A DNA stretch of 64,000 nt, taken from Candidatus Zhuqueibacterota bacterium (GTDB lineage Bacteria; Zhuqueibacterota; Zhuqueibacteria; Thermofontimicrobiales; Thermofontimicrobiaceae). The notes below the pieces were generated by a model, which saw only the letters and a list, made by a program, of their open reading frames with translations, ran no database searches and was not told the origin of the DNA. This document shows positions 47,816-57,916 of this stretch, piece after piece (within the stretch, counting starts at the first letter, position 1; the number at the start of each line of letters is the position of its first letter). The translations under genes and the position numbers were made by a program. The DNA lies in NCBI GenBank assembly GCA_049322915.1, contig JBMOPW010000035.1:160001-224000 (forward strand), written 5' to 3'.

Positions 47816-50800
47816 TTATTTGATGATTGCAAATTTCCCGATCTTTTCTCCGATACCCGGGGCGTCCACATGAAAGATGTAAACGCCATAGGCCAATGTC
47901 AGATTATCCCGCGTCAGGACATCCCATTCTGCGGATCCATTATCCATGAGACTGTGGTGGTCGATGGTATCCACCAACTCGCCATTCACCGTGAAAATGC
48001 GGATGGTACAATCTTTGGGCAGATGATTGAAATGAATGGAGCGCGGCCCGCGACCGGTCGTGAAAAAATTGCGAGGTTCCCAGATCGCGGCTGCCACATA
48101 GGGATTGGGCACGACTTTGATTCGGTCCAGATCATTCGCTGCTTGCTTGACATCGATTTTAGCGCTATCGGTTGTGAATTCAAAAATCACATTGGAGAGG
48201 AACGGCTTGGTCACAAACAAGTCGGCAACATCGCCGCTTTGTGGATTTCGATGCAGCGTATCATAAACCACCTTGAAGCGCCAGCTCGGAGCCAGGTCAA
48301 CGACAGCATTCTTTTCCATGAAAACGATCACGTCCGTTTCCAGATACGACGCCGAAAACACGCCGTCATTGCCATCCGTTTCCCAGAATGCGAAAGCCAC
48401 ATTTGCCGAATCGGTCGTGTTGTACACTGTAAAATTCACTGGCCGCGGCTGCAGTTCAACCCCACGTCGAATGTATAAATACACCGAGGTGTCCATGCCA
48501 ACGTCGCCGAAGGTGATCCGATAGTCGGCCGGGTTGGGGAAACCAATCCAGAAACCGGCCTGAAATGGGATCAGTGAGAGCGGGAAAACGTCATCATCGT
48601 TCCATTTGGAGAGCGACTGGTTGATCGCAATTTCGTCCTCGTTCTCCAGAATCAGTCTGAAACCATCGGTCATTGGGACTTCGTCGCTGCTCTTGAGTTT
48701 TTTGCATTGCCAGATGAGCGTATCCACCCCGCCCTGGCCTTCGTACGTCACATCGAACAGTGAAAAGTCCAGCGTCGTCAGCGTGTCGGTGTCGGTCAAT
48801 TCTTTTCCTTCGATGAGCGTATCCCGGAACGTGATGCGGTAGGTATGATTATCAGGAATTATTCGAGCGTCCACAATATCATAAGTGATAATGCCGGTCG
48901 TATTGCCAATGATCGGCTTTTCCAGATTCATCAATTGCGGAGCAACGTACCCGGCGGATACCGCATTGGGCACCACGCGCGCGACATTGCTTCCCATTTT
49001 CACCTCGCCGGTCGTTTCCACCGTAATGGGAATCGGCGTTTCGCTCGGCGGTATTTCAGCCCAAGCTGCTTCGCGGTCATAGGCGGTGACAGCGTAATAA
49101 TACGCCTGGCCATTGATCACATCGGTATCCACCCAGGAATGACGCAGGCCGGTATCATCGCCCATGTCAAAATGGGCGCCGTTGATGCTCAGCGAATCCA
49201 GCCCTTTGATGCCATTGGCCAGGTCAAATTGCGCCACTGGCCGATAGTAGGTATAATTGCCGTCCGCATCGGTGATGGAGTAGGCATCTTCAAACGCCGG
49301 GTCTGTGGCTTTGTAAATGCGGTACCCCTCGAAGTCGTAGCCTTCAGCGCCAATGTCCGACATGAATTTATCAAACGAGAGTTCAGATTTGCTATCCCAG
49401 TACAGGGTCACTTTGTTGTTCCCGGGTATTGCCGTCAGCGTCGGGATGAGCGGCGCCGTGGCAAAGGTATAGTCGAGATCGTATGTCTTCTGGGACATAT
49501 TTCTATTTCGCATGGCGTCGTCACTGTCCTGGCCCAAATTGACCGCCATGGACACACGCTCGCGCTGGCCTGCTTTCAGCGGAAAAAAGCCAGACGAGAC
49601 GAACAGGTCAAACTCGCCGGTGTAATCGACGGTGGGATCCCAGAATTTTCCCGGCGTCATCCATCGGCGCCAGGTATTATCATCCTGTTCCGTGTGAAAA
49701 TCGCCTGCCGGCTGATACTGCACATTGGTCACGCCCAGTTGATCCGATTCAGACACGTCGGTTTTATCGATGTTCGGTTCCCCGGGCAAATCAGTGCCGG
49801 CCCCGCTGGTCGGTGCGCCATCGCTCTGCCCTTTGTCCACGGTCAGGATATCGCCATCCAGGCCCACATCATCATTGAATAAATCCCAGTCGCCGTCATC
49901 GTCGATAAAGTTTTCCCGGGATTCATCGATCATTTCATCAATTCCTTCATCAATGAACTCGTCGACTGCATTGTTGCCGTCGTTGTCTTTGCCATCGGCG
50001 TAGCGTTTCCCCAAATCCTCGGCGCCGACATTGTACAGCGTAATTCCATTGCCAGCCGTATAACGCCCGCCACTGCCAGCCGCCGCGTCAATCATTGCCT
50101 GGGTGATCACCGGACTATTCGCTTCCCCATTGCCATTATTATCGATCCAGTCGCGATAGCCACTGCCCACATCGGAATTATCTTCATCGTACAAGCCGTT
50201 TGAATTATCATCTTTCCCATTGTCGACAGTTTCGCCGGCGATCATCTCGGAAGTGATCGTCGGACTGTCACTCTCCCCGTCGCCATCATTATCGATATGA
50301 TCACGATACCCAACTCCCACCTGCGCGCCAAACGCGATGTGCGTTTGGTTTTCGTCGATCAATCCATTTTGATTGTCATCTATCTGATTCGTCGCATCTT
50401 CGTCGAAAATCATTGTCTCGGTGACTATGGGGCTATTTTCCTCGCCATCACCATCGTTGTCAATGCCGTCGATGGCGTTGCCCGGCGTCTCCAGGAAGGA
50501 TGTGGCAGCAACGCCCACCGGGTCGTCTCCGAAGGCGGTATTGCCCTGATTCGGCGGAGAATCGGTGCACCAGGCTACATCGTTGAGCAAATCGAAATCC
50601 GAATGATCATCCATATTGTCGCCATCACCGCCGACAAGGTCGAATACGAACAACGTCACCGCTGCTTTATCCAGGTCTTTGGTCCCATCGTTTTTAATAT
50701 CGTAAAGGACAAAAACCACATCGTTCACCAGAATTTGAGACCACTGGAGCACACGTACATCCACCAACAGACCCAGACCGCGGCGGGTCAAATCCGTTGT

Positions 50801-51385
50801 ATCCGGATAATACTCATACCGGTCATACGTGTCATCGGATATTTTATAATAGAGCTCGTAGTCCGCCTTGAACTGGTTCTTTCCGAAATAACCGTTCCAC
50901 GAACCAGTCCAACCCGGATCCTCTTCATCGCCCATTTTATCGGGCCAGGTATCGGGCCAGGTTTTACGATCTTCGCCGGAAGCGGCCAGCGTTGTCAGAG
51001 CGATGTCATCGGAATTGGGATTGCAATACTCTTTGATCGGTTCCATTTGCCACGACTCGCCGGTATTGCTGCTCCGCGAATGGACAGCGGTGATGGGACG
51101 AATGGTGCCGTTTTCCAGCATCACCTCCGCGCCAATCATCAATCCGGTCTGAGCCAGATAGTGCTTGCCTGTATTTTTTGGCCATTCATAGGGAATGCCA
51201 TCGCCGGGCTTGGTTCTGCCGGTCGTGCCGTTGTTCCAGATGGTCGTTCGGACAAGATTCCCGGCGATATCGGTCGTCCTTCGGTAACTGGAACTGCCGC
51301 GTTCATCGCTTGGCACATGCTGGGCAAAGACGGGCAAAGTCCAGATGAGAAAAAACATCACGAGAAAAATGCGCTTTACAGCCAT
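47816..51385 (-). CDS. Giant exported hypothetical protein (1189 aa) with acidic Dx(D/N)xDG-type repeats, Fn3-like region and variant C-terminal sorting domain, copy 2
   Basis: Signal peptide; EWPKNTG, GSWNGYFGK, RRGLGL, FLETPG, DGIDNDGDG repeats, DFEGYRIY, YYYAVTAYD, IKVVPNPY..GKFAIIK. Confidence 0.85.
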   Translation of the reverse strand: MAVKRIFLVMFFLIWTLPVFAQHVPSDERGSSSYRRTTDIAGNLVRTTIWNNGTTGRTKPGDGIPYEWPKNTGKHYLAQTGLMIGAEVMLENGTIRPITAVHSRSSNTGESWQMEPIKEYCNPNSDDIALTTLAASGEDRKTWPDTWPDKMGDEEDPGWTGSWNGYFGKNQFKADYELYYKISDDTYDRYEYYPDTTDLTRRGLGLLVDVRVLQWSQILVNDVVFVLYDIKNDGTKDLDKAAVTLFVFDLVGGDGDNMDDHSDFDLLNDVAWCTDSPPNQGNTAFGDDPVGVAATSFLETPGNAIDGIDNDGDGEENSPIVTETMIFDEDATNQIDDNQNGLIDENQTHIAFGAQVGVGYRDHIDNDGDGESDSPTITSEMIAGETVDNGKDDNSNGLYDEDNSDVGSGYRDWIDNNGNGEANSPVITQAMIDAAAGSGGRYTAGNGITLYNVGAEDLGKRYADGKDNDGNNAVDEFIDEGIDEMIDESRENFIDDDGDWDLFNDDVGLDGDILTVDKGQSDGAPTSGAGTDLPGEPNIDKTDVSESDQLGVTNVQYQPAGDFHTEQDDNTWRRWMTPGKFWDPTVDYTGEFDLFVSSGFFPLKAGQRERVSMAVNLGQDSDDAMRNRNMSQKTYDLDYTFATAPLIPTLTAIPGNNKVTLYWDSKSELSFDKFMSDIGAEGYDFEGYRIYKATDPAFEDAYSITDADGNYTYYRPVAQFDLANGIKGLDSLSINGAHFDMGDDTGLRHSWVDTDVINGQAYYYAVTAYDREAAWAEIPPSETPIPITVETTGEVKMGSNVARVVPNAVSAGYVAPQLMNLEKPIIGNTTGIITYDIVDARIIPDNHTYRITFRDTLIEGKELTDTDTLTTLDFSLFDVTYEGQGGVDTLIWQCKKLKSSDEVPMTDGFRLILENEDEIAINQSLSKWNDDDVFPLSLIPFQAGFWIGFPNPADYRITFGDVGMDTSVYLYIRRGVELQPRPVNFTVYNTTDSANVAFAFWETDGNDGVFSASYLETDVIVFMEKNAVVDLAPSWRFKVVYDTLHRNPQSGDVADLFVTKPFLSNVIFEFTTDSAKIDVKQAANDLDRIKVVPNPYVAAAIWEPRNFFTTGRGPRSIHFNHLPKDCTIRIFTVNGELVDTIDHHSLMDNGSAEWDVLTRDNLTLAYGVYIFHVDAPGIGEKIGKFAIIK

Positions 51386-51409
51386 ATCGTTTCTCCTGTT
51401 AATTCCAGA

Positions 51410-54172
51410 TTATAAATTTGACAAATCAATTTCCAGCCCGATCTGAATCTCGCGCGGCGCAGAATAGAAATGCGGGTACACCAGGTATTCGTCGACGGTA
51501 TTGACGCGAATGCCCTCAGTCTCAACCACATTGGCAGCTTCCAGCGTGTTGTTCGCGCGGCCGGTATCGCCGAAAACGTTGATCTCATTTTTTCTATCCA
51601 ACAAATTGAAAATATTGGCAAATAAAATCGCCTTTACATTCCTGAATCTGATGCTTTTATGGAATTTCAAATCAAAGGTCATGGTGACCGGCTTTCGCCG
51701 ACTATTCGCTTGCAAACCGGTCGATAAATTCTGTCCCTGCCGGGAAGCAACGCTGATGGAAGGCGAATACGGGAACGCCGAGCCGTACCGGCCAAGCAGA
51801 CTGAATCCACCCCACGGTGCAGCAAAGGAGAACGCGCCGTTGAGGGTATGCGTCTGATCCCAATCCAGAGGGATGATCATTTTTGTCGGTTCAGCCTGGG
51901 ATTGCAGAGCGTAAAACTCTTCGTTGGGGTCGGAGTTGCTGCCTTCGGCAACCTGGTAGGTATAGTCGACATTCATCGAGAAATCATTCACCGGGCGCAT
52001 GTCAAAGGCAAGAGTCACGCCACGGACATTGGCGTAATCTTTATTGATATAATTCGAATAAGCCACGCCTGGGATGTATGTCTCAATGGCAACGCTGGTC
52101 GTCACCCAGTTGCGCACATCGCGATAGAACCCGGTCAGATCGATGGCTATCTGATCGCTGATCTGCTGCTGCAAGCCAATTTCGTACATGACTGTCTTTT
52201 GGGGCTTCAGATCCGCATTGCCAAAAGGTCCCTGGATACCAGTCGAGGACGACACTTTGTAGCCGGGGTTGGCGTACAGGTAGAGGAAATTCGGGATTTG
52301 TAAAAAATGGCCGTACGAGAAATGAATCGTGCCGCGATCGGTGATAGGATAGGCAATGCCGAATCGCGGGCTCACCTGATATTTGGGCTCCACATCGCGG
52401 TACCAGTAACTAAGCCGGTCGTCGAAAGTCGTCAAATTGCCCGGCAGGTCCAGCAGAGAATCCGGCAGCGCAGGATTGTGGTAAATATTCTCAGGCTTGA
52501 AAGGATTGTAAATATTGGGGTCTGACGGATCGTTCAGCACCTTGCCGTTGGCGTTGAAATAGTCGAACCGCATGCCGATATTGACGATCATGCTCTTGTA
52601 CTCGATTTTATCCTGAAAGTAAAGCGACAGTTCGACCGGCCGTCGCGTGTACATATTGTGATTCGGCGTATTGATGTCCAGAATGTCCGGCTCAAACGGT
52701 GTAATTTCCCGGCCCGATGCGTCTCGCTTGGCCACCAGTGTGTAATCATCCAGGAACAATTCGTGAAGGCGCCCTTCCAGACCGGCTTTCACCTGATGCA
52801 ACTGATTTAACTGCACGGTATAATCCAGCTTACCGACCCAGGTGTTCGTGTTCCGTTTGAAATGATGCAGATTGGTGCCCTGATCCAGGAAAGCGTACGC
52901 CGGGACGATCATCGAATCCGGATGGACATAACGCGTATCCGTCGAGTTTTCGTAGAGATATTCATTGAACCGCTTATAATAATTGGACACGTTCACCGTG
53001 TAGAACGACCGCTCGCTGAGGGCGTGGGTGAAGAGAAGCGAAAGATTGTAACCATCTTCAAATTTTTCCACGTCGCCGGTGGGATTCCACTTGAAACCAT
53101 GATTATAGTCTCTGTAATTCATCTGGCTGCCCAGCGCGCCAATGCTGAGTTTCATCGTCGGGGTGAGCTTCGCCGTCAATTTGGCCTGAGCCGAAAGCTT
53201 TTGATCGAAATCCATGGCCACTGGTTCAAAATCACCGGCAGAGCCGTCCGGCAAAAATCTATTTTGGCCGTACAGCCAGCCGTCACTGAAATTATACCGC
53301 GTGGTCGCGAAGAAATTGATATTCTTTGCAAAGGGCAGAGGGCCGTCCATGCTGGCTTGCGCATTATAATTCGCAAATGGATTGACATCATCGATATTAT
53401 AGAAAATATCGTTATTGCCACTCACGAAGTCACCGCTATAGCCGGAGAGATTCAGATGATAATTGCTGCCGCCCTCTTTGGTCACAATATTGACGATGCC
53501 GGACATGGCCTGGCCGTATTCGGCGTTGAACGTCCCGCTGATGACCTGCAATTCCTGCACTGATTCGTTCTCCACCTGCACCGAAATCGATCCGTCGTAG
53601 ACGTCGGTGACTGAAATACCATCCACCCAGTAGGCCACCTCAGAAGAGCGACCGCCGCGAATGTGAATGCCGCCGTCGCGATCCACGGTGACGCCGGATT
53701 GCAGCGCCAACACTTCGGAGACTTCCTGGACCGGGAGATTTTCGATCTGCTCCGCATCCACGTGCGCTTCGGCGGATGTGAGGTCTTTGGTCACCATGGG
53801 CCGTTCAGCAATCACAACCACTTCTTTGCCCAGTTCCAGCACCTCCGTGGAAAGCTGAAAATCCAACGTCGTTGTCAGATCGATGGACACTTTCACATTG
53901 GTCAATGTCGATTTCTCGTAGCCTATCATCGAAGCAGTCACTGTGTATTTTCCCGGGGGGATATTCAGGATCACATAGTATCCGTTCATATCCGCGGCAG
54001 CGCCCATTGTTGTCCCTTCGATCAGGATATTCACGCCGGGAAGCAATTCGCCGCTCTGCGCATCCCGGACAATCCCGGAGATTTTGCCGGTGGTCCCGGC
54101 AAAACCGGGCTGGCTCACCAGCACGATGAAAACGAGCAATAACAGAGTTACTCCTGAACTATGCATTCTCAT
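51410..54172 (-). CDS. TonB-dependent receptor with N-terminal carboxypeptidase-regulatory-like domain, copy 2
   Basis: AGTTGKISG..LPGVNILIEGT..PPGKY; plug HIRGGRSSEVAYWVDG, SGTFNAEYGQAMSGIVNIVTK; barrel QDKIEY, SPRFGIAYPI, PREIQIG. Confidence 0.92.
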   Translation of the reverse strand: MRMHSSGVTLLLLVFIVLVSQPGFAGTTGKISGIVRDAQSGELLPGVNILIEGTTMGAAADMNGYYVILNIPPGKYTVTASMIGYEKSTLTNVKVSIDLTTTLDFQLSTEVLELGKEVVVIAERPMVTKDLTSAEAHVDAEQIENLPVQEVSEVLALQSGVTVDRDGGIHIRGGRSSEVAYWVDGISVTDVYDGSISVQVENESVQELQVISGTFNAEYGQAMSGIVNIVTKEGGSNYHLNLSGYSGDFVSGNNDIFYNIDDVNPFANYNAQASMDGPLPFAKNINFFATTRYNFSDGWLYGQNRFLPDGSAGDFEPVAMDFDQKLSAQAKLTAKLTPTMKLSIGALGSQMNYRDYNHGFKWNPTGDVEKFEDGYNLSLLFTHALSERSFYTVNVSNYYKRFNEYLYENSTDTRYVHPDSMIVPAYAFLDQGTNLHHFKRNTNTWVGKLDYTVQLNQLHQVKAGLEGRLHELFLDDYTLVAKRDASGREITPFEPDILDINTPNHNMYTRRPVELSLYFQDKIEYKSMIVNIGMRFDYFNANGKVLNDPSDPNIYNPFKPENIYHNPALPDSLLDLPGNLTTFDDRLSYWYRDVEPKYQVSPRFGIAYPITDRGTIHFSYGHFLQIPNFLYLYANPGYKVSSSTGIQGPFGNADLKPQKTVMYEIGLQQQISDQIAIDLTGFYRDVRNWVTTSVAIETYIPGVAYSNYINKDYANVRGVTLAFDMRPVNDFSMNVDYTYQVAEGSNSDPNEEFYALQSQAEPTKMIIPLDWDQTHTLNGAFSFAAPWGGFSLLGRYGSAFPYSPSISVASRQGQNLSTGLQANSRRKPVTMTFDLKFHKSIRFRNVKAILFANIFNLLDRKNEINVFGDTGRANNTLEAANVVETEGIRVNTVDEYLVYPHFYSAPREIQIGLEIDLSNL

Positions 54173-54190
54173 GAATTGCTACCTCCTGTT

Positions 54191-55936
54191 TTATTGAAAA
54201 ACATGCCATCGTAATTTTTCGTTTTGTATTTCAATATTCGCTTCCTGTCGCATGGTTTGAATGGTATTGTGCAATCGAATTTTACGCCATTTCCAGAGAA
54301 TTTCATTTTCAATCTGGTGACGCGCCTCTTCGAAAGTCTTTGGCCGTTGACCCTCTACGGCGATCAATTGAATGAACGAGTAATTGCCGAGAATTTTCAG
54401 CGGCCCGATAATTTGCCCCGGTTGCATGGAAAAAATTGTATCGGCCAATGCCCCGTACCGGGTTCGAGGCGCCATGCCTAATTCACCGCCGCTTTCTCGC
54501 GCCCATTCCCGGATGGAATATTTTTTGGCCAAATCTGAAAACCGCTCTCCGTTTGCCAAACGAGTTGAAAGGTCTTTTGCCGATTCTTCATCTGCAACTA
54601 AAATTTCCCTGACATTGGCTGATGCCTGAAATGAATAATCGCCTGGATTTTTGTCGTACACTTCCCTGGCAGCGACTTCCGTCACCGTTGCTGTATCGGA
54701 AAACATTTTCACCATCTGGCCGACGATATACCCGTCGATGGCGTGATCAATTTCGGCTTGCGTCTCTTTGTCCTTCGCCCATTGGCTTTGCTGTGCCTGG
54801 TGAAGCAGTTCTTCCCGAACTACGAGACCGGTAATAAATTTTTTCAAATCATCAGCGGTTCGAATTCTGCGCTGCTGCCGCTGGCTGGTGTATTTCGCCT
54901 TTTCTAAAAACTGCGCAACCGTCCAAAATCCGTTTTGGGAGGTCATCAGCGTCTCATCCATAATCTCGCCCATCAAATCCGGCGCGAACACATTCCCGAT
55001 GTCAGCTTGTAACGAATCAGGGGCCGATCCTTCCAAACGTGCAGCCATGAATTGCAGGATTTTTTCATTGAATTTCAAATCCAAATCACGGGATATTTTG
55101 CTGCCAAATTCCTGGGCCGCGGTTATTGCCTTTTCGCGCTTTAGAATTTTGGTGATGGCCGGTTTCGCATCGAGAAATTCCTGCTCGCTCACGAACGGCT
55201 TGAAAAACCGATCCTCCACGTTGATGATGCTGTAGCCATATTTGGTTTTGACCGGTCGAGAAATTTCGCCAACCTTAAGCGCAAAGGCCGCCTGCTCGAA
55301 AGCCGGCTCCATTTCATCCTTGCCGACATAGCCTAAATAGCCGCCAGTGGCCGCCAACGTCGAATCCTGAAATGTCAGCCGGGCCAGTTCCTCGAACCGG
55401 GCGCCATTTTGAAGCTGCCGGTACAACTCGTTGGCCTCCTCCTCTGTTGCGGCGTACAAATGCCGCGCGCTCACCTTCTGTGTGTAGTAGCGGAAGCCGC
55501 GCCGCAGTTCATTCTCCGCGACCGAGACTGTGTCGTAAAACGCTTTCCTGCGGAATGTATTCAGGTAAAATTGATTTCGAATGCTCTCTGCTTTTTGTTT
55601 AAAAAGCGACGAATCGTCCAATCCGCTGTCATAAAAATTTTGAATAAGCAGCCGCTCGCCGATCATCTGATCGAGGAGATTTTCGCGCGTCTGCAAATTA
55701 TCCTTGATGCCGGTCATTCGCGTAAAATATTCCAGCCGTTCAGCGAATTCGCTCACGCGGATAAATTCGTCATTGACCCGTGCGAAATATTCCTCATTGG
55801 AATTTTTGCCGCATTGGATCAGAGATAATAAAAGTAAAACCAAGACAGACCAGCGATTGAAAAATCGGTACAATTCTTTGGTCCCTGATATCAGTGTTGA
55901 TAAAGAAAATAAAACTACTCCCCGAAACAGTCTCAT
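54191..55936 (-). CDS. SurA/PrsA-like peptidyl-prolyl isomerase with two parvulin domains, probable lipoprotein
   Basis: SARHLY..FEELAR..GGYLG..FEQAAFALKVGEISRPVKTKYGYSII; second VREILV..FSDLAKKYS..GGELG; LIQC motif; ATG overlaps the GH13 stop (ATGA). The start could be further downstream. Confidence 0.85.
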   Translation of the reverse strand: MRLFRGVVLFSLSTLISGTKELYRFFNRWSVLVLLLLSLIQCGKNSNEEYFARVNDEFIRVSEFAERLEYFTRMTGIKDNLQTRENLLDQMIGERLLIQNFYDSGLDDSSLFKQKAESIRNQFYLNTFRRKAFYDTVSVAENELRRGFRYYTQKVSARHLYAATEEEANELYRQLQNGARFEELARLTFQDSTLAATGGYLGYVGKDEMEPAFEQAAFALKVGEISRPVKTKYGYSIINVEDRFFKPFVSEQEFLDAKPAITKILKREKAITAAQEFGSKISRDLDLKFNEKILQFMAARLEGSAPDSLQADIGNVFAPDLMGEIMDETLMTSQNGFWTVAQFLEKAKYTSQRQQRRIRTADDLKKFITGLVVREELLHQAQQSQWAKDKETQAEIDHAIDGYIVGQMVKMFSDTATVTEVAAREVYDKNPGDYSFQASANVREILVADEESAKDLSTRLANGERFSDLAKKYSIREWARESGGELGMAPRTRYGALADTIFSMQPGQIIGPLKILGNYSFIQLIAVEGQRPKTFEEARHQIENEILWKWRKIRLHNTIQTMRQEANIEIQNEKLRWHVFQ

Positions 55937-57804
55937 CGCAACCTCAAATTCAGGCAAGCCAATTTCGTCTCCAGACCGGGGATTAAAATAAGCCCGGCTT
56001 TGCAGTCGACCTTCAATTCAATTTTGCCATCGATGACCAGAAAACGGTCCCCGCTCAGCAAGTCCATCCATTGTTTCCCGGCCGCATCCAATTGCAGCGG
56101 CTGAATTCGCTCGGAGCTATTCACCACCACAATGACTTTCTGCTCATCATAATTTCGTTCGAACGCATACATCGATTTTTCATCATCAACCACGAGGGAC
56201 TGAAAATCACCCAGCATCAGCGCCGGGTGCTCTTTTCGAATGCGGATCAACTCTTTATAATAATGAAAAAGATCGGGATTGAATTCATTTTTATCCCTCG
56301 GACGAACCGCGCCAAACGGATGGCTGACTTCATCGTCGTATTTCATATCAGCCCAGAGCATGGGCTTTCGCTCGTCCGGGTCGCTGGCGCCCCACATGCC
56401 GGCTTCATCGCCGTAATAAATCATGGGCGCGCCCGCGTACGTCATTTGGAACAGCGCGATGAGCTTCTGGATTTTTATCTCATCGGCCCGCGGCTTGCGA
56501 ACGTTGTAATTTTCGTTGGCGTTCAGCGTATTTTTGTGCCCGTAAATCCGGTCCGGATTTACAATCATGGAAGGCAGCCGGTCCGTATCGTGACTGTCCA
56601 TCAAATTCTGCAACACATAGTTGGCTTCGAACGGGTAATCGGTTCTGACCCGGGCCAGTTCCTGATCGAATTGTGTGACCGATATTCGATTTTCCTGATC
56701 AATGAAAAATTTGGTGACCGCCGCGGCAAAACGATAATTCATCACCGCGTCGAACATATCGCCCTGGAGCCAGTCCGCGGCGTTGAACATTTTTTCCGGC
56801 CATTTCTCCCACCAGACTTCGCCGGTCAAATAGGCCTCCGGATTGATTGAGCGAACCAGCTTGCGGAATTTCACCCAGGACGCGCGGGTCACTTTTTCGG
56901 CCACATCCAGGCGCCAGCCATCGATGCCATCCGAAGGATCGCCGTCGCCGTTGGGGTCCATCCATCGTTTAATCGAAGCTTCCATGTACGCCCACGGCTC
57001 TGCTGCAAAGCCATCGCTTCCTTCGCGAATCTCCGGCATGCCTTTCACACCGGCCCAGCATTCGTAATCGAATTCATCATCTTCAGTGTCAGGGTTGTCC
57101 CAGGACTTCACAGCGAACCATTCCCTGAATCTGGATTTCTGTTGATTCATCTTCAGATCAGCGAAAGCGAAAAAGTTGACGCCAACATGGTTGAACACAC
57201 CATCGATGATCACGCGGATATTTCGTTCGTGACACTGTTTGATCAATTCAAGGAAAAGCTTGTCGGCGGCAGTCCACTGCCAGGTCGAAGGATCGGCGGG
57301 ATTTTCGTTTTCGAAGAGAATTTTATCGCCGGCAGGATCCGGGCCAAAATTATCTTCGATGTGGTGATAAAATGTGCCATCGTACTTGTGAAGCGATGGC
57401 GACTCAAACAGCGGGTTGAAATAGATGGCGTTGATCCCCAATTCGTGCAGGTAATCGAGCTTGTCGATCACGCCCTGCAAATCGCCGCCACATCGCCGGC
57501 GCTGGGCGTGATAGTAGAATCCTTTATCATCCTGCTCCCACGGTTGAAGCTGATACCAGTCCGCAGTCCAGGGTGAAGTCTGAATTTCGCGCATGTCGCC
57601 GAACGGCCAGGATCCGATGATATCCTCCAGTCCGGGATCATTGGCCGGGTCGCCATTGCGGAACCGTTCCGGAAAAATCTGATACCACACGGCCTTTTTG
57701 GCCCACTCCGGCGCCTGGTAATTGATCCGGGTTTCCTGGCGACAGTTCAGGCAGAGCAGTCCTGCCATGAGCAGAATAATGAATTGGATTTTCCATCTAT
57801 TCAT
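55933..57804 (-). CDS. GH13 neopullulanase/cyclomaltodextrinase-like alpha-amylase, exported (possible lipoprotein)
   Basis: VWYQIFPERFRNGD, GGDLQGVIDKLDYL, SLHKYD, IDGVFNH, DGWRLDVA, GEVW, DSHDTDR, YYGDEAGM. Confidence 0.93.
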   Translation of the reverse strand: MNRWKIQFIILLMAGLLCLNCRQETRINYQAPEWAKKAVWYQIFPERFRNGDPANDPGLEDIIGSWPFGDMREIQTSPWTADWYQLQPWEQDDKGFYYHAQRRRCGGDLQGVIDKLDYLHELGINAIYFNPLFESPSLHKYDGTFYHHIEDNFGPDPAGDKILFENENPADPSTWQWTAADKLFLELIKQCHERNIRVIIDGVFNHVGVNFFAFADLKMNQQKSRFREWFAVKSWDNPDTEDDEFDYECWAGVKGMPEIREGSDGFAAEPWAYMEASIKRWMDPNGDGDPSDGIDGWRLDVAEKVTRASWVKFRKLVRSINPEAYLTGEVWWEKWPEKMFNAADWLQGDMFDAVMNYRFAAAVTKFFIDQENRISVTQFDQELARVRTDYPFEANYVLQNLMDSHDTDRLPSMIVNPDRIYGHKNTLNANENYNVRKPRADEIKIQKLIALFQMTYAGAPMIYYGDEAGMWGASDPDERKPMLWADMKYDDEVSHPFGAVRPRDKNEFNPDLFHYYKELIRIRKEHPALMLGDFQSLVVDDEKSMYAFERNYDEQKVIVVVNSSERIQPLQLDAAGKQWMDLLSGDRFLVIDGKIELKVDCKAGLILIPGLETKLACLNLRLR

Positions 57805-57916
57805 AGCTGAATCCTTCACCCTGTATTCGCGGTAAATTTTCTTTCAAATAGTTGGCTTGGTAACATTGCGCACTGCCCAAAGCGACCACCCTTGTTTTGC
57901 CACTGCTTCCGTCCGA

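Noticed and set aside
48845..51415. 345-aa and 372-aa plus-strand ORFs (also 60391-61395)
   Set aside because: Antisense shadows of the giant proteins, whose minus-strand frames are supported by paralog conservation.
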